Assembly (NCBI GenBank): GCA_002269645.1
Contig: NIVC01002548.1
Span: 98,269 to 162,268, forward strand
DNA from: Macrostomum lignano
Lineage: Eukaryota
Length of the DNA stretch: 64,000 nucleotides
Direction of reading: 5' to 3'
Every line of letters begins with the position of its first letter. Position 1 is the stretch's first letter. Positions 59,574 through 64,000 of this stretch are shown here, piece by piece. A program made the position numbers and the translations under genes. The notes below the pieces were generated by a model. It was not told where the DNA came from. It worked only from the letters and a program-made list of their open reading frames with translations, and searched no databases.

Positions 59574-60498
59574 AGGCTAAACTATCAGACTTCAAAGCTA
59601 TTCAATATAATGTTTCCTCTTTTCTCATTCTAGACTTGAGACCAGACAATTGTAGAGTTATTGGGTGAAACAGAAACTTCTTTCAGTTTGTAAAGATAAG
59701 ACTATAAAATTTCTGGAAGCCATATATTTAGAAGTATAAAAAAAGGCCATTGACTAATGTAGATAGTAGAGCAACCCAAGTTTAAATCTTAGCTATAGTG
59801 CTACAGTACTAATATATATACTTCAAGTACTTAATTTCATAGAAGGCTTCAAAAACTGTAAGAACTTCCCATTTTACCCAATATGAATGTAAAAACATTT
59901 GCATTGGTAAAATGTGTCATATAAGTCATATATGTCATATAGTATGATATAAAATGCAATTTAAAAGAAAAATGCAAAGATTCGCTTTGCATTTGCATTT
60001 CTAAAATAAATTGGACATTCACTCACACCTATATATAAATATATATATATAGCCACCTTACTTGCTGTTTTGCCCAAATTCAGGCATGGAATGTCCCAGG
60101 TGCTGATGCCCTTTTGGCCACAGATGTGCCGCATATCCCTCTCTGCATATGCAAGTGCTGCACAAAGTAACTTAACCTTTTGAGTGGTGCACCATTGTTT
60201 GTGGTCTTGGTCCTCTGGTAACACTGGTTGATTAGTCATCCTGGTAAAAGAAAACACTTTAAGGTTCTTAGAGAATGGAGCTAACTAAGTAAATTTTCAC
60301 ATGCATAACTTCTAAAGCTTCACTGATTATGTAACTTAGTTTGACTAGTAATGCAACAAGTTGCTTTGGCGCCATCCTCAAGTTAAACAGTGCCTGCAGA
60401 AAATAATTATTATTTCTGTTTATTAAGTATTGCATCGAATGAACCAAAACTCTTCTGAGCTGCAGTCAGTCTCAGCAGATTGATAGCTCTCTTACCTC

Positions 60499-63400
60499 AT
60501 GGCCACCGGATCAGCTTCCGCTCAACAATTTTACAATGGCAGTGCCAGCAATAATTCTTATCTGACTTCTACACTGGAAGATCTCATGTCAGACAGCTTG
60601 GACGAGATGGCGCCCTCAACGATGTCGGCTGGCTTGCCGTCTGGAGGTTCCGGACAGCCAGGTGCCAAAGCTGTTGAACTGCTGGACCAGCTCAGATCCT
60701 GCATGACTGACCTGTCTGATGTGCGAGGCATCTTTAGAGCTGCGGGTGAGACCGGTGAACATATTTATCAATCATGTCAGCCTTACTTGCCACCTTCCCA
60801 GTTGATTGAGATTCCGTTTTAGGCTCCCAGAATACTTTCTATTGGGAAGATTGTGCAGAATTTTTAAGGCGCCAATGCGCCTGTGTCCAAGTTGGACTGT
60901 CGGTAGCTGTGCCTGTCCACCTGTCCATCTGCCGTCCACCTGTCTCATCTATCTGTCTGTCCACCTGTCCATCTGCCGTCCACCTGTCTTATCTATCTGT
61001 ATGTCCACCTGTCCATCTGCCTGTCCACCTGTCTCATCTGTCTGTCCACCTGTCTCATCTGTCTGTCTACCTGTCTAACCTATCTGTCTGTCCACTGTCT
61101 CATCTGTCTGTCTACCTGTCCATCTGCCTGTCCTCCTGTCTTGTTTATCTGTCTGATCACCTGTCTTGTCCATCTGTCTGTCTACCTGTCTTGTCCATCT
61201 GTCTGTCTACCTGTCTTGTCCACCTGTCTAGTCCATCTGTCCACCCATCTTGTTCATCTGTCCACCTGTCTTGTCCATCTGTCTGTCTACCTGTCTTGTC
61301 CATCTGTCTGTCTACCTGTCTTGTCCACCTGTCTAGTCCATCTGTCCACCCATCTTGTTCATCTGTCCACCTGTCTTGTCCACCTGTCCACCTATCTTGT
61401 CCATCCTGTTCACCTGTCTTGTCCATCTGCCTGACCACCTATAAGAGCGCACAATGACAGTATCTCAGCCTAGAAATATCCCAGACTCAAACTTGCCCCT
61501 AAATCCTCAGGCGCTGAGAACGCCAGGTTCGTGCGCCAGCTGGCTCACGAGCTGCCGCCGAGTTCGCCGGTGCCCACCGGCACTGCTGCGGCGCCTTCGT
61601 CGACTTCAACCGCGAACGGCGTCGGCCAGTCGGACTTGAAGCGCCAAGTGGCCGAGCTGGAGTCCGAGAATGCCAGCCTGAGAGCCGAGTTGGCGACTGT
61701 CAGGCTGCAGCTCGACCAGCTGCTCACTAGAAGTCCTAGGCAGTACTCCGGCTTGGCCCCTGTCAAGGAGGGCGGCGATGCAGCGACCGCGGCATCCGCT
61801 CAGAGCTCCGTGCTGGTTGGCATTGCCGCGCCTGAGGCCACTTCGACAGCTAAGAAACCCACGGCTCTGGTTAATGCCATGCCGGCTGTTCCAGCGGCTT
61901 CTAACACTGGTGCGTGTGGCTTAGCATGCGTTTGTACTTTAGTCAGTCAAGTCGCAGACAGGGCTTTTGATGCCAGCAGTTACATCTTCCAATTTTCTAT
62001 CAGAGTTTCTCACTGAGAGTTTCCCACTGAGAGTTTCCCATTGAGAGTTTCCCACTGAGAGTTTCCCATTGAGAGTTTCCCACTGAGAGTTTCCCATTGA
62101 GAGTTTCCCTCTGAGAGTTTCCCATTGAGAGTTTCTCACTGAGAGTTTCCCACTGAGAGTTTCCCATTGAGAGTTTCCCATTGAGAGTTTCCCACTGAGA
62201 GTTTCCCTCGGAGAGTTTCCCATTGAGAGTTTCCCACTGAGAGTTTCCCATTGAGAGTTTCCCACTGAGAGTTTCCCACTGAGAGTTTCCCATTGAGAGT
62301 TTCCCACTGAGAGTTTCCCTCTGAGAGTTTCCCACTGAGAGTTTGCCATTGAGAGTTTCCCATTGAGAGTTTCCCATTGGCATTGAGAGTTTCCCACTGA
62401 GAGTTTCCCATTGAGAGTTTCCTACTGAGAGTTTCCCATTGAGAGTTTCCCTCGGAGAGTTTTTCCACTGAGAGTTTCCCACTGAGAGTTTCCCATTGAG
62501 AGTTTCCCACTGAGAGTTTCCCAATGGCATTGAGAGTTTCCCACTGAGAGTTTCCCATTGAGAGTTTCCCACTGAGAGTTTCCCACTGAGAGTTTCCCAT
62601 TGAGAGTTTCCCACTGTTAGTTTCCCATTGATAGTTTCCCACTGTTAGTTTCCCATTGAGAGTTTCCCTCTGAGAGTTTCCCTCTGAGAGTTTCCCATTG
62701 AGAGTTTCCCACTGAGAGTTTCCCTCTGAGAGTTTCCCTCTGAGAGTTTCCCATTGAGAGTTTCCCACTGAGAGTTTGCCATTGAGAGTTTCCCATTGAG
62801 ATTTCCCATTGCATTGAGAGTTTCCCACTGAGAGTTTCCCTGAGAGTTTCCTACTGAGAGTTTCCCATTGAGAGTTTCCCTCGGAGAGTTTTTCCACTGA
62901 GAGTTTCCCACTGAGAGTTTCCCATTGAGAGTTTCCACTGAGAGTTTCCCATTGGCATTGAGAGTTTCCCACTGAGAGTTTCCCATGAGAGTTTCCCACT
63001 GAGAGTTTCCCACTGAGAGTTTCCCATTGAGAGTTTCCCACTGTTAGTTTCCCATTGATAGTTTCCCACTGTTAGTTTCCCATTGAGAGTTTCCCTCTGA
63101 GAGTTTCCCTCTGAGAGTTTCCCATTGAGAGTTTCCCACTGAGAGTTTCCCTCTGAGAGTTTCCCTCTGAGAGTTTCCCATTGAGAGTTTCCCACTGAGA
63201 GTTTGCCATTGAGAGTTTCCCATGAGAGTTTCCCACTGAGAGTTTCCCATTGAGAGTTTCCCACTGAGGTTTCCCTTGAGAGTTTCCCTCTGAGAGTTTC
63301 CCATTGAGAGTTTCTCACTGAGAGTTTTCCACTGTGAGAGTTTCCCACTGTGAATTTCCATTGAGAGTGGAAATTATTTTTCATGTTTCTCCCAACCACC

Positions 63401-64000
63401 CCGCGAGCAGACTCACATCACTCTGTCAAACGCCTCGACCTCAGCGGGCACAATACCGCAGGCGCTGCGCTCCGGGCGCACCGACTGCCGATCCCGCCGA
63501 GGCCGCCATCGTCAGCGTGTCGCCGACACGGCCGCAATGGAGGCGGAGGCTCGCCGCAGCAGATGATGCTGCGCCGCTGCCGTGTCAACAAGGACTCGCG
63601 GCGGCTCCTCCGGCCAGGAGCGGCTTCCGCAAGCTGGTGGCCTCCATGCGCTGGAAGAAGAGCCGCGGCAGCGTAATCTTCAACGGGGCGCAACTTCCGG
63701 TCGACAATTGCGGCGGCGGCGGTGGAGCTTCGGTGGCGGCGCGGCTGGTTCGTCGTCCTCCTCGACGCTGCCCTCGCCGCCTCGCCTTCTGTCGGCTCCG
63801 CTCACTCCGTCTGGCGCCGCCTTCGCGCACTGGGACTCGCGCGGCTGGCTAGATGGTTCACCGACCTCCGGCTGGACATGTACGTCACCGCCGTGGTGTC
63901 TGATGGGTGGCGTGGTGCCCGACTGCTGGCCAGCAGCGACAGGGAGCTGGAGCGGGCCTGCAGCTGCGACACCCGCTGCACCTGCGGAAGCTGCGCCTGG
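60499..64000 (+). CDS. Liprin-beta/kazrin-like SAM-domain scaffold, partial (runs off window), frameshifted in exon 3
   Basis: Exons 60499-60745, 61511-61909, 63411 onward splice in frame. Coiled coil LKRQVAELESENASLRAELATVRLQLDQL; GFRKLVASMRWKKSRGS; SAM1 pieces AFAHWDSR / ARWFTDLRLDMYV / GARLLASSDRELER / RHPLHLRKLRL in shifting frames. Confidence 0.7.
60910..61437. repeat. Degenerate CTGTCCATCT-type tandem repeat, liprin-like intron 1
   Basis: Direct observation. Confidence 0.9.
61995..63366. repeat. 14-bp minisatellite (GAGAGTTTCCCA(C/T)T), liprin-like intron 2
   Basis: Direct observation; explains the GNSQWETL ORFs. Confidence 0.95.

Overview
Eukaryotic, intron-containing, repeat-rich animal DNA. 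GC-rich exons, GT-AG introns filled with minisatellites and a tRNA-derived SINE are consistent with a flatworm such as Macrostomum (inference, not provable from the sequence alone). Genes I could reconstruct by hand: cytoplasmic tryptophanyl-tRNA synthetase (4 exons, 20473-28858), a CYP2-clan P450 (3 exons), two paralogous Ser/Thr kinases with an atypical HRDIN catalytic loop (one PH-kinase, one ankyrin-kinase), a single-exon TPR/SEL1/MYND protein, a 4-exon calponin-homology-like gene, a 2-exon amidated neuropeptide precursor, the 5' part of a liprin-beta/kazrin-like gene, and decayed WSC and fibrinogen-domain genes. Mobile DNA: a rearranged Gypsy element with a 5-bp TSD and a paralogous empty site, several TIR MITEs with 8-bp TSDs (one nested), two CORE-type SINEs, and Gypsy/RTE remnants. 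Most notable: a 3.0-kb LOA/R1-group-like LINE inserted antisense into the satellite that makes up WARS intron 2. It keeps an intact ORF1, has lost almost all of its endonuclease and RT through an in-frame deletion, and starts exactly at G1 of a predicted HDV-like self-cleaving ribozyme with a compensatory P1.1 change. Several single-base frameshifts in homopolymers or GC-rich exons may be long-read assembly errors.
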